A DNA stretch of 64,000 bases, from the NCBI RefSeq assembly GCF_964355755.1, contig NC_092675.1:2661812-2725811 (forward strand), in the 5' to 3' direction. Position 1 is the stretch's first letter; every line of letters begins with the position of its first letter. The DNA is from Antedon mediterranea. Taxonomy: Eukaryota; Animalia; Echinodermata. This document shows positions 1 to 15,200 of this stretch, one piece after another. Below the pieces are notes generated by a model. That model was not told the origin of the DNA. It did no database searches and worked only from the letters and a program-made list of their open reading frames with translations. A program made the position numbers and the translations under genes.

Positions 1-103
1 AAAAGCATTTATTCCATGATAAGAATGTCTATTTAATTTTCTTTGAGTTTATACCGAGTTCATTCTAAATATGTCTATATAATTTGATATTTTATAGACT
101 TAC

Positions 104-269
104 CTTTTCTTACTAGTACCCCCAAGCTCAATCTGATGTTCCACAAACGAAGTAAAAGCAAAACTTGGACGGCCTTGCTTCAAGTAATATGTAAAATCAA
201 GATCTTCTTTGTGTCCATACTTTGATACCAGATCAGAATCTGAGAATTGTGGCATTTTATATCTTTGAT
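104..269 (-). CDS. SPG11: SPG11 exon (DQRYKMPQFSDSDLVSKYGHKEDLDFTYYLKQGRPSFAF...)
   Basis: tctacag acceptor, gtaag donor, phase-compatible with exon 8554-8626. Confidence 0.9.
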
Positions 270-3200
270 CTGTAGATAAAATAGATAGATTAATTTTTTT
301 TTAATTTTTATTTTATTTTATTTATTCAACTTTGTTTTACAAGGGTAGCTCAACAGCTGTAGTATAGCTGACTTGAAGAGTTTTTCTTTTACAAACATAT
401 AAAGACCACTTGTTGTCTGTATAGTAATGTCTATTCACTGTTGTATATAGCTTTTATATTGACTGGGTTCATGTACATAGTATTCTAGTTGTCTGCATTT
501 CGTTTTTGAGTTTCTCAATTTCCTATCTATGTATTAGAGCAATAAAGATTCTGTACCACAAAAAAAACAACGTTATAATAAAAAAACTTTTTAATAATTC
601 TATTATTAGACAGAACTAACAATTGTTACAACAAATTTTATAATTGTAGCACAAACTCTCCCAATACTGGACACCTTTGGACTAGTCTGTAATGGCTGGT
701 TCTCCTAAAGTTTTGAAACGCAGATGTCTGTATTCATAAATTTGAGACCTTTTACAGAAAAATATTTTTAAAATAGTTTTGAGAGACTTGTCAGTTTTTT
801 TGTCAGTTTTTTTTATAGTGCAGTAATTCATATTCACATTTATTTTGACAAAGAAGATAACATAATATTAATATATATTTGTTACAATATAAATTGGGAT
901 AGCTCACTGGCAAGCTCTCAATGTGCTGTACATAAAGTGGAATACATGTTCAACACTGTTCCCCCCTAACATTATGTTTTCTATCCACAGACGAGACATG
1001 TGTTAAAAGTATACCAAGGCTAATAAATGATTAATCAGTTTTTAAAGAAAAACTTTCTTCCCCCTTTTTTCTACTAATGCATTTCAACAATCAATGAATC
1101 AGTAATCTGGGTTAAAGTTTTAACAATGTTACAATTACTTATTGTAGTTGGAATTTGTATTGTCTATAAAGCTAAACCTTCATTTGTTTAACAAACAGCA
1201 AATGTATTGCTAATTATTAAACAGGAAGGCAATAGTAGCAAAAAATACCACAACCAGAAATATGGGAATATTTGTATGTTTTTTTTCCAAGAATCAGCAT
1301 GACATTTTGTTTATTTACCAAAAAAGTAAAACTAAATCTGTAAATAACTCAATAAAAATTGATTGTTTGTTTCTTTCAATTTCTAAAGAGACGATTAATG
1401 TTAAACTTGAACAGAAGTTAATCCATGATCTATTTTGTGATGACCGGGACGCTATATTTGTTTTCGTACATAAGTTGGGGACCCCTAATGAAATGTCACA
1501 AAATATACATAAATATTCATTAGTTACATCCATAAGGTGTGACGTAAGAATTGAGCTAACTAAATTTCGCTAATGCAAACGCTTTCTGTCGAGCCATCTG
1601 TGTAGTCGAGTGGATTAGACTATGGACTTTGCATGTCAATGTATGGGGTTCGAATCCATAAGCAACTTCTTTTTACTTTATAGTAAAAGAGAAATTATTT
1701 AGAGGGTTGGGTTTAGTTATATTTAGAAAGTAGTTTGGCTATCTTGAACATAACTTATGTGTGGAAAAAAAAATTGCGACCAGGACACAGGCTGAGTGAC
1801 CTCATATCATTCCAGCTGATTATAAGGATATCTATTTTGTGATGAGCAGGACACAGGCTGAGTGACCTCATGTCATTCCAGCCGATTATAAAGATAATAT
1901 CTATTTTGTAAGAACCAGGACACAGAGTTAATGATGTCATGAACAATAGGGATTTTTTTATTTTTGTTCACCAGGTATGCAAAATATAAGGTTAACAATA
2001 AGTCACCTGGATCAGCACTGAAAATTGAATCTTAAAGATAAGATGTATTGTCCCGAAAAATATAACAAATAAAGTTGAATAAAATCAACTTTTAATAGGT
2101 TAGTTTGTAGCTATTAACAAAAAACATTGATTTCACCTATAAAAAGACAAAATAAAAACCAAACACCTGGTTGACTGTTTTTACAGTTTTAAGGTAAATA
2201 ATTTGGTTTTTTTTGCCACTTTTTAGTCAAAGTGAACTAATTGAATGTGGCATTTATATGGCCTATTCCACAACACATTTTGTTCGAATTATTTTTTCAG
2301 GGGGACATTAAAAATAATAATCTTCAAAGAGATGAGAAAATTCTTCACGTTCCTGGTCAAGCACAATAATTAAAGCTCACAAATTATGATTTTTTTTTTT
2401 CAGCAAATCTAATAACCTTCTACCTTTTACATCATCAAATTAGTATAAAGTTGAACTACAGTACAGTACAAGTTGTAATAAGACAATACCACCATAATCT
2501 GCGCATCAATCCCAGATGATTTTATTCTTTAAAGCGGACACTAACTTTTGTTTAAAAAAGACAAAAATCACTATAACCTTGTTTACGTCAATACAAATGA
2601 TGATTATGACAATAAACACAGTTGTATATACTACACAATGGTATAGAACTTCCTATTGTTAGTATATCTATTTCATTCAATCTACTATACTAAGAAAAAC
2701 AAAAAACAAACAAAAACATTTTGACCTTCCCAAATCGGCATACAATTCTTTTGATTTTGTGATGCATTTTACTTTTTTTCTGCGTCAACTTTGACCTTGA
2801 ACTAATTTTATTCTCTTAACTAAAGCTATAAGAATGTATAAGGCAGATTGTTGAAATACTTTGATCTCAGAAATGATGTCTTAATATTGTAATAGTAGTA
2901 ACACCTTAATTCTACTTAAGTGGGTGGGTTTATGCTATTTGAGCGGAACAAAATATGGAGTGCACTTGAGCTTGCAATAAATAGTTATTAAAACATATAC
3001 AAAGTAGAATAACAATATTGTTATATGTTCAAGGTGAACAGTCATAATGAAGCTTATATTATTATATTTATTATCACTTTCGACTTCAAATAATTCTGTT
3101 TGAAAAGGGAAAGTCCTGCTAGATTTTTTACATTATAATTTTCATAAAATTATGCTTTTATAAAAAGTTTTAAATCTGGACTATATGCAAAACATCATGT

Positions 3201-6200
3201 ACACTACTCAGGAGGATGTGCAGTAATGTCAAGTAGGTGGCTCTAGGTTCAAATCTTGGTTGGGGTAGCTTTTTCTTATTTACAGATTAATTAATATATC
3301 ACCGGCCAGTTAAGAATTTTGTCAATGCATGAATTTAGCATTCTAAATATTATGCAATGCATTGAAATTTGTATACATTAATAATAATATTTATTATGTT
3401 CAGTAAATTTCCAAAGATGAAAATTGTTCAGTTTAGTCTTATATTTTGCTTGATTTTTTGTTGACCACAATGTTTTCTCTCTATTATTTGAGAAAAGCCC
3501 TATAGTTATATTTAACCATGACAGGGCATAAAGAGGATCTTTCTAAGCGGATTTTAGACACTTCCTGTTGGGATATCACCTCAAGTGTGACTGGGATTGT
3601 GAATGGTATGAGGAAGTAAAATCGTATTATTCTTTTGATTTTACAATAAGAGCATTCCATTCATATTATAGGGATGTTTTAATTATTAAAAACTAATTAT
3701 ACATGTAAATAATTATAATTTATGAATTAAAGCGAATAAAACATTATTTTTACAACAAATTTACTGAAAGTAGGCTCTACAATTTGTGAGCAAATGACGG
3801 AAATATTAGACGTTGGATGATCGTTCAATCCAAATTAAGTTTCAGATAATAATGGAATATCTCACATATTGTGTTTATAAGGGTCTAAACTAAACAATGC
3901 TCAGAATACAACCAACCACCATACAATCTATTATCATACACAACTAGGCTAATAACCCACTCCAATCAAGATAGTTATCAGTATAAGACTGTTAAGGGAT
4001 TTTCCATGCAGACAGTTTTATAAAGATTACAAGAACACAATCATAAGGTAAGTGTGTCAAAGACTAGTGTTATGTACAGTAATACTTATTTGGATCAAGT
4101 TTTTATTTTATTAATGTATGTAATATCTGATTCAGTGTGCCACAAACTATCATAGCACAAACAAGGGGTTCTCGGATTAAGCACTATAAACTGGAGGTTC
4201 GGTGTACACATCTGGCTTGGGTGCTCAATGCATTTTTAAGAAGGGCTACCACGATGTGCTTGTACGGCTCAGGCCTGTCAAAAGGATGGGTGAAGGAGTT
4301 GTGATCTAGTCAGACATATTTACATTACATTGGCCATTACATAGCCAATGATAAGATAATATCTTCTTGGATATGATCATTTAATGGTGATAGCACCATC
4401 ATTTTCACACCATTGCAACTGTCTTCAATAGGGATAAAGTATATGAGAGCATTCAAGTTATAATGACAGTCAAGTTATAACCACAGTAGTCTGTCAGTAT
4501 ATGAAACTGAAAGATCTTCCTTCATTAATTAATTTATGTATATAAACTATGAAAAAGTTTTTTGATGATTTTGATATGCAATTTGTACAATAAGTCTGTA
4601 TATTTCATCCTTTAATGTAACTGGAATATGTAGAATGTTAATATGTGCATGAGTTTTTAATAATAAAATTTAGTACAGTGGCATATTACTTTACAACAGA
4701 CAATGCCGAATTACAATTTTTGATTATACTCTATCCACATACAGTTAAGAACATTTTGGAGAAACTTGATCTGTGTAGTGTGTGTTAAACTTAAACCGAC
4801 AAAAAATGAACAAATATTTTATACCATAGTCATTTAAATATGAATCAAGAGTTTTGAATGGTGTGTGTGGGTTGATATGCAGGCCAAAGTCAACTGTCTG
4901 TTAAGCAAAGATACTTTACAAATCCATTGCAATCAATTTATAAATTACCAATACTAAAAGTTCTTATATAATTCTATCTTTTTTTTTTGGAATAACTGAA
5001 TGAATAAAGCAACATTATAAAACTATTAATTGTTATACTTAGTTTATCGAGCTTTATTAGATAACATTAATATAATATTTTTTAGGTGATGAATCTATTC
5101 ATATCATTAGGTGTTTTATTTAATAGAAACATTATCAGATAAGCCTTAATTTATTATAATTATTTTTTATATATTGTACTGTATGCCTTCAATTATAATT
5201 CTAAATTGATGACCAATTTACAGTAACAGTTTGTATAGGTTGTAAGATAATGACATTAACAATGTTTTTTTTTATTTAGAAATCTCTCAATGGCAATGAT
5301 GGATCAAAAAATTGAAGAGTGTCAGCTAATACACTGCAGTTCATGTCAAGTGGAGTATGATCAAACTGACGACAGTCCAAAGTATCTGGCATGTTTCCAT
5401 TCCTTCTGTAACGAATGCATTGAGAAATCAGCCACTGACAAGAATACCTACAAGTGTCCTCTTAGTAGCTGTGGAAAGCATCAAGAGGTGCCACCAGAAG
5501 GCGTTAATGGTTTACCAGAAAATAAATTACCTCAGATATTGACCAAGATCAATAACCTTGTCAATGATATGTCAAAATGTCAGAAATGCGACGGTACTCA
5601 TAAGGCAGATTTCTGGTGTAAAGACTGCTCAATGTTCTACTGCAAGGATTGTAGTGAAGAGCATGGGACAAACGAGGAGCATGAAGTCATATCTTGTGGA
5701 AATCTAGCAAAAAAAATTGAAAACGGTGAACGTAACGTCCTGAATGGCAGCCACTACTGTTCAAAGCATGGAGAGAAGATACAGTCATTCTGCAAAAAGC
5801 GATCATGTAAAAAAGCAATCTGCAAATCTTGCGTCGAAGTCCATTCCCCAGCACATGGTCATGATGTAGTAGACCTTAAGAGAGAGGCTGACCAATGCCG
5901 GAAAGAGTTCCAGTGTGGTATACGTGACATGAAGGTATGCAGCAAGCAATGGACATCTTTAGAAAAGAATAAGTCAAAAGAGATCGAGCAGATTGAAATG
6001 ACCACAAATGAGGCTACGGAAAAAATACAGAAGTTCTTTGAAAGTGGTTACATCTTACTTAAAGAAAGAGAGCAAGCTGCTCTAAAAGAAGTTAGTAAAT
6101 ATGCCAAGGAAATGAAAGACTATGTGGAATTTCAAAATCAAAAAGCTTCTCAATTAAAAGAAAGTGCTAAGCAACTAGAAACCGTGGCTAGCAACGTTAT

Positions 6201-9200
6201 AATGTACACAGATGATAAAGACATTGTACAAATGAAGTCGAGAATGGTTAATGTAATGAATCATCTTAGTGTTCCACCGTTAAGTAGTCGAGTAATTGGA
6301 CCAAACATGATGAGTTTCAACAAGGCAGATAATGCTGAAGAAAGAGTATTAGGGTTCTTAAATGGTATTGGGCAAGTCAAGTTCAACTGTGCCGTTCCAT
6401 ACTTAAGTTATTGTGAAGACACTGTAGCATTTGAAGACTTTCCGTGTAAAATCAACGTACAAATGGTCGACTACATGGGAGAAAACTGTAAGCAAGGAGG
6501 AATGAACCTTACCGTTGTTGTCAAAGCACCAAAAACATCCACAGATGTACCTCATCGTGTTTATGATATGATGAATGGTTCATACGAGGTAAAGTTTGAT
6601 CCTAAAGATCCTGGAATATATGTTGCACATGTGATGCTTGATGGATTGCATGTTAAAAACAGTCCTCTTAGTATACCAACTTGCGAACTGAAAACAACTG
6701 TGCATCCTCAGGTGTGTAACAAACCATCAAAGGTGACATTAACAGCTGTTGATTCTAGTAGAAAAGCAAGACCAATGCAACCAAATCTACCAATACAAGC
6801 CGAATTAGACTGCCCTAATGGAGAAACAATTACATGCGACGTTGTACAGGAGAGTTCTAAGATCTACAACATACGATACATACCGACAGAATTAGGAGAG
6901 CACAAACTGTATGTTGGGATGAATAAGAAAGTTCTAGACTTCAATCCAATAATACTCAATGTCAAGCAGTACTTAGCAGTAGGACAGACCAACTGCAGTA
7001 ACCAGCTTAACAGGCCATCTGCCATTGCCATTGACAGCATCGGTAACATTTACGTATCGGACACATCAAAGAATAAACGCATTCAAAAATACAACATGGC
7101 TCATGAATGTATTGGTTCAATTGAAATGGATCTGGATGGTGACGCAAGCCTCGTGATTGATCAAGACGACAACCTCATAATCTTATTCAGAAGTTCTAAG
7201 ACTGTCAAGGTATTTGACTCTACAGGCAACTTGCAGAGTACGTTTACGATGGACATTATGAAGAAGCCAATAGGTTTAGAGGTAGATAGCAACAACCGTA
7301 TCTATATAACAGACTGTGTTGGCCATAAGGTGTACATTCTGGATTATTATGGCAAGATACTCAACGAGTTTGGTGGAAGAGGCAAAGAACCGGGTCAATT
7401 TGACACCCCTGTGGATGTCTGCTTGTACAATGATTTAATATACGTTTGTGATCGTTACAACAATCGAGTCCAGCAGCTTAATGAGGAGGGAGAATGTTTA
7501 AAAATATTCAACTGCTGTGAAAAGAGCTTTGATATGGCAGCAGCCATCACCATGACACATGAAGGACATCTTGTGGTTTACGATGCTGAGCAGACAATGG
7601 CAGCAGTATTGGATGTTGAGAGCAAAGAGGTCATAAAGGTTGTGCCTTGCTATGGTGATGTTGGTCAGTACCAATGGGAGAGCATCATTGTAAATAAAGA
7701 CAGTATGTTACTCAAGGTGTGTCCTTCTCAAAACTGTTTCCGAGTCTACAGAATGTAGATAATTTAAAATAATTATTAAAACAAGTGTGGTCATCATCAA
7801 TAAAAATAGAACATTGCCTGAGTTTGCCAATTTTAGAAAACTTGTGGTACTGTACATCTACTGGAGGTGTTCTTTTTGTCTACCTGCATGATCACATGAC
7901 AACAAATTGCTGTCTAATTGGGTGTTTTTATACTTCAGTTTTTGTCAAGGCGGTGCTGTTTAAAAAATGAACTATATAATGCATCCATATAAATAATAGA
8001 CAGTATAAATCAACAATTGTATTGTGTATGCAACAAGAGTTCATGGATATTTTTAAAGCCATTATAACATGTTGTTGATACAGCCACAATTATTTATTTT
8101 AAATTGATAAAAAGTAGTTAATTTAACTTAAAATATTATATTGTATCTATTTATCAATATATAATTATAATGTAATTAATTTTATTGTAAAATGTATACC
8201 TTAATTTTAAAATAGTTCATGAACCTTTAGTTTAATATTACAATTTTTAAAAACACAAAACCTTAAATATGCTATTTAATAAATTGTACATTTAATAAAT
8301 AATTTATTTTGACATCAATATGAAACAAATGTCAAATTTAATTGAAGAAAACAGCAGAGATGTTGTGGTAGTGTAGAGTAGTATTGTAGCTACCTCTAAA
8401 ATGCCTTTATTTATTAACAAAACAAACCTTAAAAATAAATGGAACGATCTAGATACTTCTGTGCTCATGACAAGGCTCCAGGACAATATTAATCTTTATA
8501 AAAGCTCACTATATTTGAATTTTGTAAATATGTAAATTATGAAAGTAACTTACCTTCTTCTCTGATAGCTACATTGTTTGTAGATTGCCATAGAAACAAT
8601 TTGGACACATCAAAAGGAGAGTAAGCCTGTGTGAGCAATATTTAAATTATTAAAACAAATTATCTAAAATGTTTTTAATAGTTTAAAATTACTATAAAAA
8701 GTGTATGTTTTAGATCTTCATATTGAAACTTTATGTAAATATTTATTTATATTATGAAGAATATTGTCGAATTCAATTAGAATAGTACTGTAGAATATGT
8801 TACTTATGTAACTATAATTTTAAACATGCGTTTCGTTTTGCGTTTTGTAAATTAGTAGTTGGTTTTTATTTGTATTTTTAATGTTTATTTAAATGAAAGA
8901 CAACAAACAAAAACTTTTTAAGTGTTTTTAAAGAATTATGTCTGAACACATACAGTACATACTATATTCCTTTTTTAATATTAAATTGTACGCATCAAAT
9001 AGAATTCTTCATTTTACGAATTAAAAATTGTATTGTTGTGATCAACTTAAAGGAACAATGTTCAATGATGATATTATAATAATAAAAATTTTGAAATATC
9101 ATAAATGTTTATAATGTTATGCCAAGTATATTTTACAATCAAAAATGTTACTATTACTATCTTATTGTGAAGATTATGTACCAGAAAATATTACAGATAA

Positions 9201-12200
9201 TTGATATAAATAAACATTTTAACTTGCAATATTGTTTGTAGTGTTTTAATAAAGGTATTCACTTTCGAAAAAACAATTGAACTAATAATTATTTCCTTTA
9301 ATATAAAAAATACAAAATAAATGGTTACATTTAACTAAAATCACTTCTTATGTTGAAAAATACTAATAATCATTTTGTTAGCAAATGTATTTTTAATTCA
9401 AGTTAGAACTACAGTGCCTGTATTGTTAATAACCAATAAAATATCAAACACACCTAAGGATACGCTTTAATAAAAATAAATTGCTATCAGGTAGTACAGA
9501 ATATTGAGAAAAAATTAATGTATGAGATGCAGCAGGTAGCACTGATCAATATGATTGATAAAACAAATATGATGGCAAACCAAACACTTAAAAACATGAT
9601 TATTCAAACATGTTTCATCAGTGAAAACATCATTTTATTATTAATTTCATTTGCATATAATATACATAGAACATTGAGTCATTCTGCACAGCTGGCGTGT
9701 TGTGAAAAACTATAGGTAGACACTGCCATTGGAGTAAAAAAAATTCTTGATAATAACAAAATCATATTTACATTGTGCTTTACTGGTCATTAATATTTTA
9801 GGACAGTTTAAATTCATACTGTATTATTTAGTAAAGACAAACTCACCTGAAGTAAATCATAGACAGACACATCTTGTACAGGGACGCCATCAACATGATT
9901 TGGAAAGAGAGTGGAATGAAGAGTGCGGTAAGGCTTAAGTGAATTCTCTAAAACTTTAGCATCTACCTTCCAGAGAGATTCATCTGCGACCACAGGACCA
10001 GTCATTGCCTGGGAAATCAATAAATATTTTAAGAAAGCACTATGAATACAATTTCTAAAATTCTACAGACTTACGAGATAATCATAATTGGCATCATAAC
10101 GGCTGTCAAACTTTGCCTAGCTAGTTAGTTGGTGGATGGTGAAGAATAGGCAATTTCGTCAATGCACAAACTTTACATAACGTACCATAAATGATGTACA
10201 TTATTATAACAATTATAAATCCTAATAATCTAAAAAGTTTTCCGAATGAAGCATCATGTATTAACTATTCAAGAAGCAGTAACCTATTCTCCACAAAGAG
10301 GAATATAACTTGAACAATATAAACATTCATTTAACAACCCCATACATAAATGGTACGGTCCACAAATGTTCTTAATCATGCATAATCCCAACATATGTAA
10401 ATAATAAATTAGTTTATAAAATGTAAGCATGTTAAAGTATGGAGAGCAATGTATTGACATTGTTCTTCATCTACTTCAACATGTTAATTAATGTTTGCCA
10501 TCTTTGACACTGGACTGCAGATGGGTAACTGCTAGTTCAGAAACACTAATGGCAAAGAGGGAGCAAGTGACCAGAGTAGGCATCTAAGCATATCAAACTA
10601 GTGTGATGTGCCTAAATATGGTAGTGCTAACAAGTTTTTTAAATTTCTGAATGGACATGGTTACCTGCTCAAGTGTACCAGGAGCATACATTAGAGTTGC
10701 CATGGCAGCCAATGGCCTATCAGCTCCTAGTAATGACATCACACTTGGTTGAAATGATGACATGAACACTCTGGAGCATGCAAGACTAGTTTGAAACATG
10801 TAACTTGGATCTGTAGTGAAGCAAAAATTATAAAGTGGATATCTATTTGTGTTTATTTTTGTCATGTGCATGCTGTTAGAGGGAATTCTATGTTTCAATT
10901 AGAGGGCCTTAAACTGAACCAAAACTAATACATATAAAGTAGTATTATTGATTGTATAATATTTTTAATCAATGAATTGGAAAACTACGTCTTAATTTTA
11001 AACTAGTACAGTTTTTCTTTTTTTAAATAAAGACTTATATCAAATACAGTTATTTTATCAGTAATATTAGTAGTAATATATTCAACAATCAATACTTAAA
11101 TTATGTTGAACTATGATACCTGATAGATATTTTCCAACCCATCTGAAGTGCAGCATCATGTGTAACCATGGGCATTCCTCAATGGGTAAATCTAATTCTG
11201 TGACATCATCAACTGTTTGACAAAGACTGTAAAAAACAGGATCAAAAAATGATAATGGTAAATGGTCTACACTATCAAACTAGTTTGACAGAAGAAATAT
11301 GGTAGTGATATGAAATCATATGTAAATCATATTGTGGCAAAATGTAAAATGTATGGGAATAACCTATGAATCGGGTTGAATTTCAGACAGGTATTGACGA
11401 TACAAAATTCATGTCACATGCCTACAGTAGCCACTAAACGTTGTTTAATCGATTTTCAACAATGAAAGTTGAGACTAGAAAGATACATTGGGTTCTTTAA
11501 TGTGCACACATGCCAGAAAAGTGTACATTGGACCACTAGTTTTAAGTCCTTATCAGATAAGACTTGTTCTACCACCAGAACGATGGTCGAGGAGAGTCTT
11601 AAACATGTGTAAATTGTCTGACTATGGCTTGTGACACCACTTCCTTAACCACTCGGCCACTCAAGCATTTAACAGATAACCACAAAGTACCAAATAACTA
11701 CTACTAATTAAAAATTAAAACTTACTCCATATTATCAAGGAATTCATAAAGAACTGAACAGAGATTTCTTTTAACACAGAACGAGACAAACTGGTTACAG
11801 AAGTCTGTCATGTCAACTTGCATTCTTCCCATACTGAGTGGATGTGGTAGTGATATCACACGGTAAATTCTGCTCAAGCGTTTCAGAAGCTTATCAAAGT
11901 CCTGGATCTCGTTAGAACTAAACACTCCACGTCTACGAAGAATTTAAATAGAAATTGTTAGTGTATCAAAAACAAAGTGGATTGTCTACAAAAATACTTT
12001 TTGGTTTTGTTTTTTTCTTTGTATAATGAAATCTGCATGGTTTATCACTTTTGTTTGATATGGATATCAGAAATAATAAATGAATGGACTGACAGACAGA
12101 CAGAGCAAAATAATGCACAAACAAATGAATGAATAAAAAATAATTATTATACTAACGTTGCAAGTTCATCTAAAATCCAATCTTTCATGAAATCAGGTGT

Positions 12201-15200
12201 TAGTTCCAACTGGTTAGCAACACAGGTTTCTAGTGGATGTTTGATAGGCATTTCCAAGGCAGTATCTTCTTCAGCCAATGGGAAGCTAGCTTTTATCCAA
12301 TTCTGGATTTGTTTCCAATCAGCACGTGATGTTAGAAACTCCCATGCAGACACCATAGAGATGTGCTCTTCTGGAATGAGATCTGGAACTAAGACAAAAT
12401 GTAAAAAATAGTAAATTAAAATATTACAAAAAGAGTTAGATTTTTTTTAAATAGAAATTTAGTTTAAACTGCGATTTTAATAATGAAACAACACACGTGC
12501 ATACCAACCTGTACAATCCAGCTGAATGATTCTTTCAAATAAGATCCTTTCTCTTGTTTTCTTGTCCCAGAGTTGGACACACTCCAGTGGAAGGTGGGTG
12601 TGATCATGGTCCTCGAGGGAAGCATCCACCGCCAGTGAAGATTGTGGTGGTTCGTCATCATCAACACCTTCTAGTGATATGCTGATGACTGCCATTGGTT
12701 CCTTCCAATGTCTGAAACAAAAATCACATGAGAACTATTGAATCCACTAGACAACTACTACTATTACTACTAATTAAACTACTGTAAGTAAATTATTAAA
12801 CAATTGAAATATCAAGACAGTGCTGGGTATGATCAATAGCATTATAACAGCTAATCGATTGGGCGCTTTTAACCATTTTAATTTTCTTGTAAAAAATCTG
12901 AGGGCTCTAATGATGACAAAGAAAAATGATTAGTTGCTGTAGTTATTTAATAACTTACTCAGTTTGTCTTTCAATTGATTTAAGAGTGGCCTCTTCAAAA
13001 CTATGTTTTGGGTAAAGTTTCTCAAAATGTCTTATAAATTCAATTGCTGATTCTTCTTCCGCATTGAATTCACCCATTTTCTGCAGCTCACAAATCTGCA
13101 AAATGAAGATAAACTACCTGTTTACACATACAGTATGCTAACACAATTATAGCCAAACACAGTTTAAGAGGACACCTTCATGACCAAACAAAGTGCCTCA
13201 AAGGATGGATTCTACTTATAACACAGTCAGTTTATCCTATGAATAACCATATTTATCCACACAGATGGTAATTACATACAACTTTTATAAACTTATTGTG
13301 TTTAAATTTTCAAAATGAACTACAGATGTGAAACAACAATAAACCAGGCAATAAAAGTAGTAGTTATACATCTTTTGAAAACTAGCACTTGAACTTTAGA
13401 AGGATGCTTAATCAAACAAGGAACTTACATATTAGGCAATTATTCCCACAGAGTATTAAGTATACAACTATGTTTTAATGAAAACATAAAGCTTTACACA
13501 GATGCTTATTTAAACAGGGAACTTAAACAGGCAATTATTGACACAGTACTGATCACGCAATGTTTAAATTACAACCTGAAACCGATTAAACATTCTAATT
13601 TGCTTAAATAATTGTTACAAATACCTATACCTATAGAAACTGAAATACTGTATTTATAAAATCGATATCTCTTGTAATTGTGAGGTACCGTAGCACTTTG
13701 TTTGAGTGCATAGTAATTGAAAAGGAACTCACCAAAAAATCTCTGACAATTCTATTTGTAGTCTGCATACACATTTGTTTCAACTCAACTTTCACATTGA
13801 AGCCCTATGAAAATAAAGCATACACAGAAATCTTACAGATGCTATCTTCCTTATCAATACAGGGAGGTATACCTCTATGATCAGTGTATCTGTATATATT
13901 ATTATTTATGATATTAATTAAGATATTTTAATTTGATAAATAATTTCTATACTACACAGAAATGAAAGTGAAAGCAGTTGGGTAATGTTAATGTATTAGA
14001 TTATTTATACAGCTCTGTCTACACTATCAAACTATATTGAGAAAACTGTGCCTAAATACGGTAGTGATATGGCCAAATATGGTAGTGATATGACATCATC
14101 ATGTCCATATATAGGCACAACACATTTTGTTGTCAAATAAAGTTTGATAGTATAGACAGAGCTTTAGAGAGTTTTTACGGTTGACTGTTATTTGCTATTT
14201 CATGCATTCATACAAATGGGGTATCAACATGATCAGAATTATACTGGGAAGGTTTTAAATTACATTTGAAAACACTAACTAATTTACAACAATACTTTTA
14301 TCTGGGTCTCCATGGTTAAATAAAGTTGAATTGAGGTTGAACTACTCAGTGGGTAAAGAAAACTTGTTTTTAATATATAAACAAATCAACATATTTATGT
14401 AATGTTGCTCATGCTAACTGTTTCTTATTGACATTCAACTTTGTTTTGTCAAAATGTGGTTTAGTCTAATAATTTGCACTCGCATTGTCTAGGGTTGTTT
14501 AAAACTGAGAGTTGTTAAATTAACTATAGAGGATACTATGCGGTGATCCATATCAAAGAGTGCCAAAATATCAAGATTGTAACATCTTTTTATACTACAG
14601 TATTTGTATCATACAAATCCAAATAAATATCTTTTATTTCATCTATGCATGGCAAACTAACCATATTTGAAAGAATCCTCGAAGCTTTATTCAAATCACC
14701 GTTAATCAACGATCTTATCACCATTGATCGGCCAATCTGAATAAGTTCATTCATACTATTGCTAGTAGTAACTGATTCATTGTCGCTATGCTTGTCTGCA
14801 CTACTGTTACTAGATGCATCAGTTTCCATAACAACCTGCTGATCCATTGTTTGGTAGAGGTAAGCTTGTGCGAGAGGTAAACATGATTCAAGAATTGCCG
14901 ATTCAACAACATCCTGTGAAAATTTATTAAAAGTAAAAGGTTCAGCGACCATGGTAACTTTTCACAGTTCCGGATCACTCTCATCATCATAAAAGGGGTA
15001 TAAGACTCACTTGATACTCTTCTCAAAATAGCTTATACAAAACTCTGCATATTAGGCCTTTTTTTAACAGATTGCATGATTTCATTTGTTTGAAATGGAT
15101 ATTGGTAAATTCATCCAATTCTACTTCTCAATTCAATTGTTACATTGATATGAAAACATTAATATTATCAATTGATAAAATAAATGTCTAACTTTTTTGG

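Noticed and set aside
1262-1573. 103-aa ORF in the SPG11 intron
   Set aside because: AT-rich, no recognisable domain or splice context.
14914-15026. 5' extensions of ORFs 14590..14952 and 14751..15026 as SPG11 coding sequence
   Set aside because: A strong acceptor at 14914 plus the 83-nt exon 15193-15275 gives the correct phase and a better spatacsin match.
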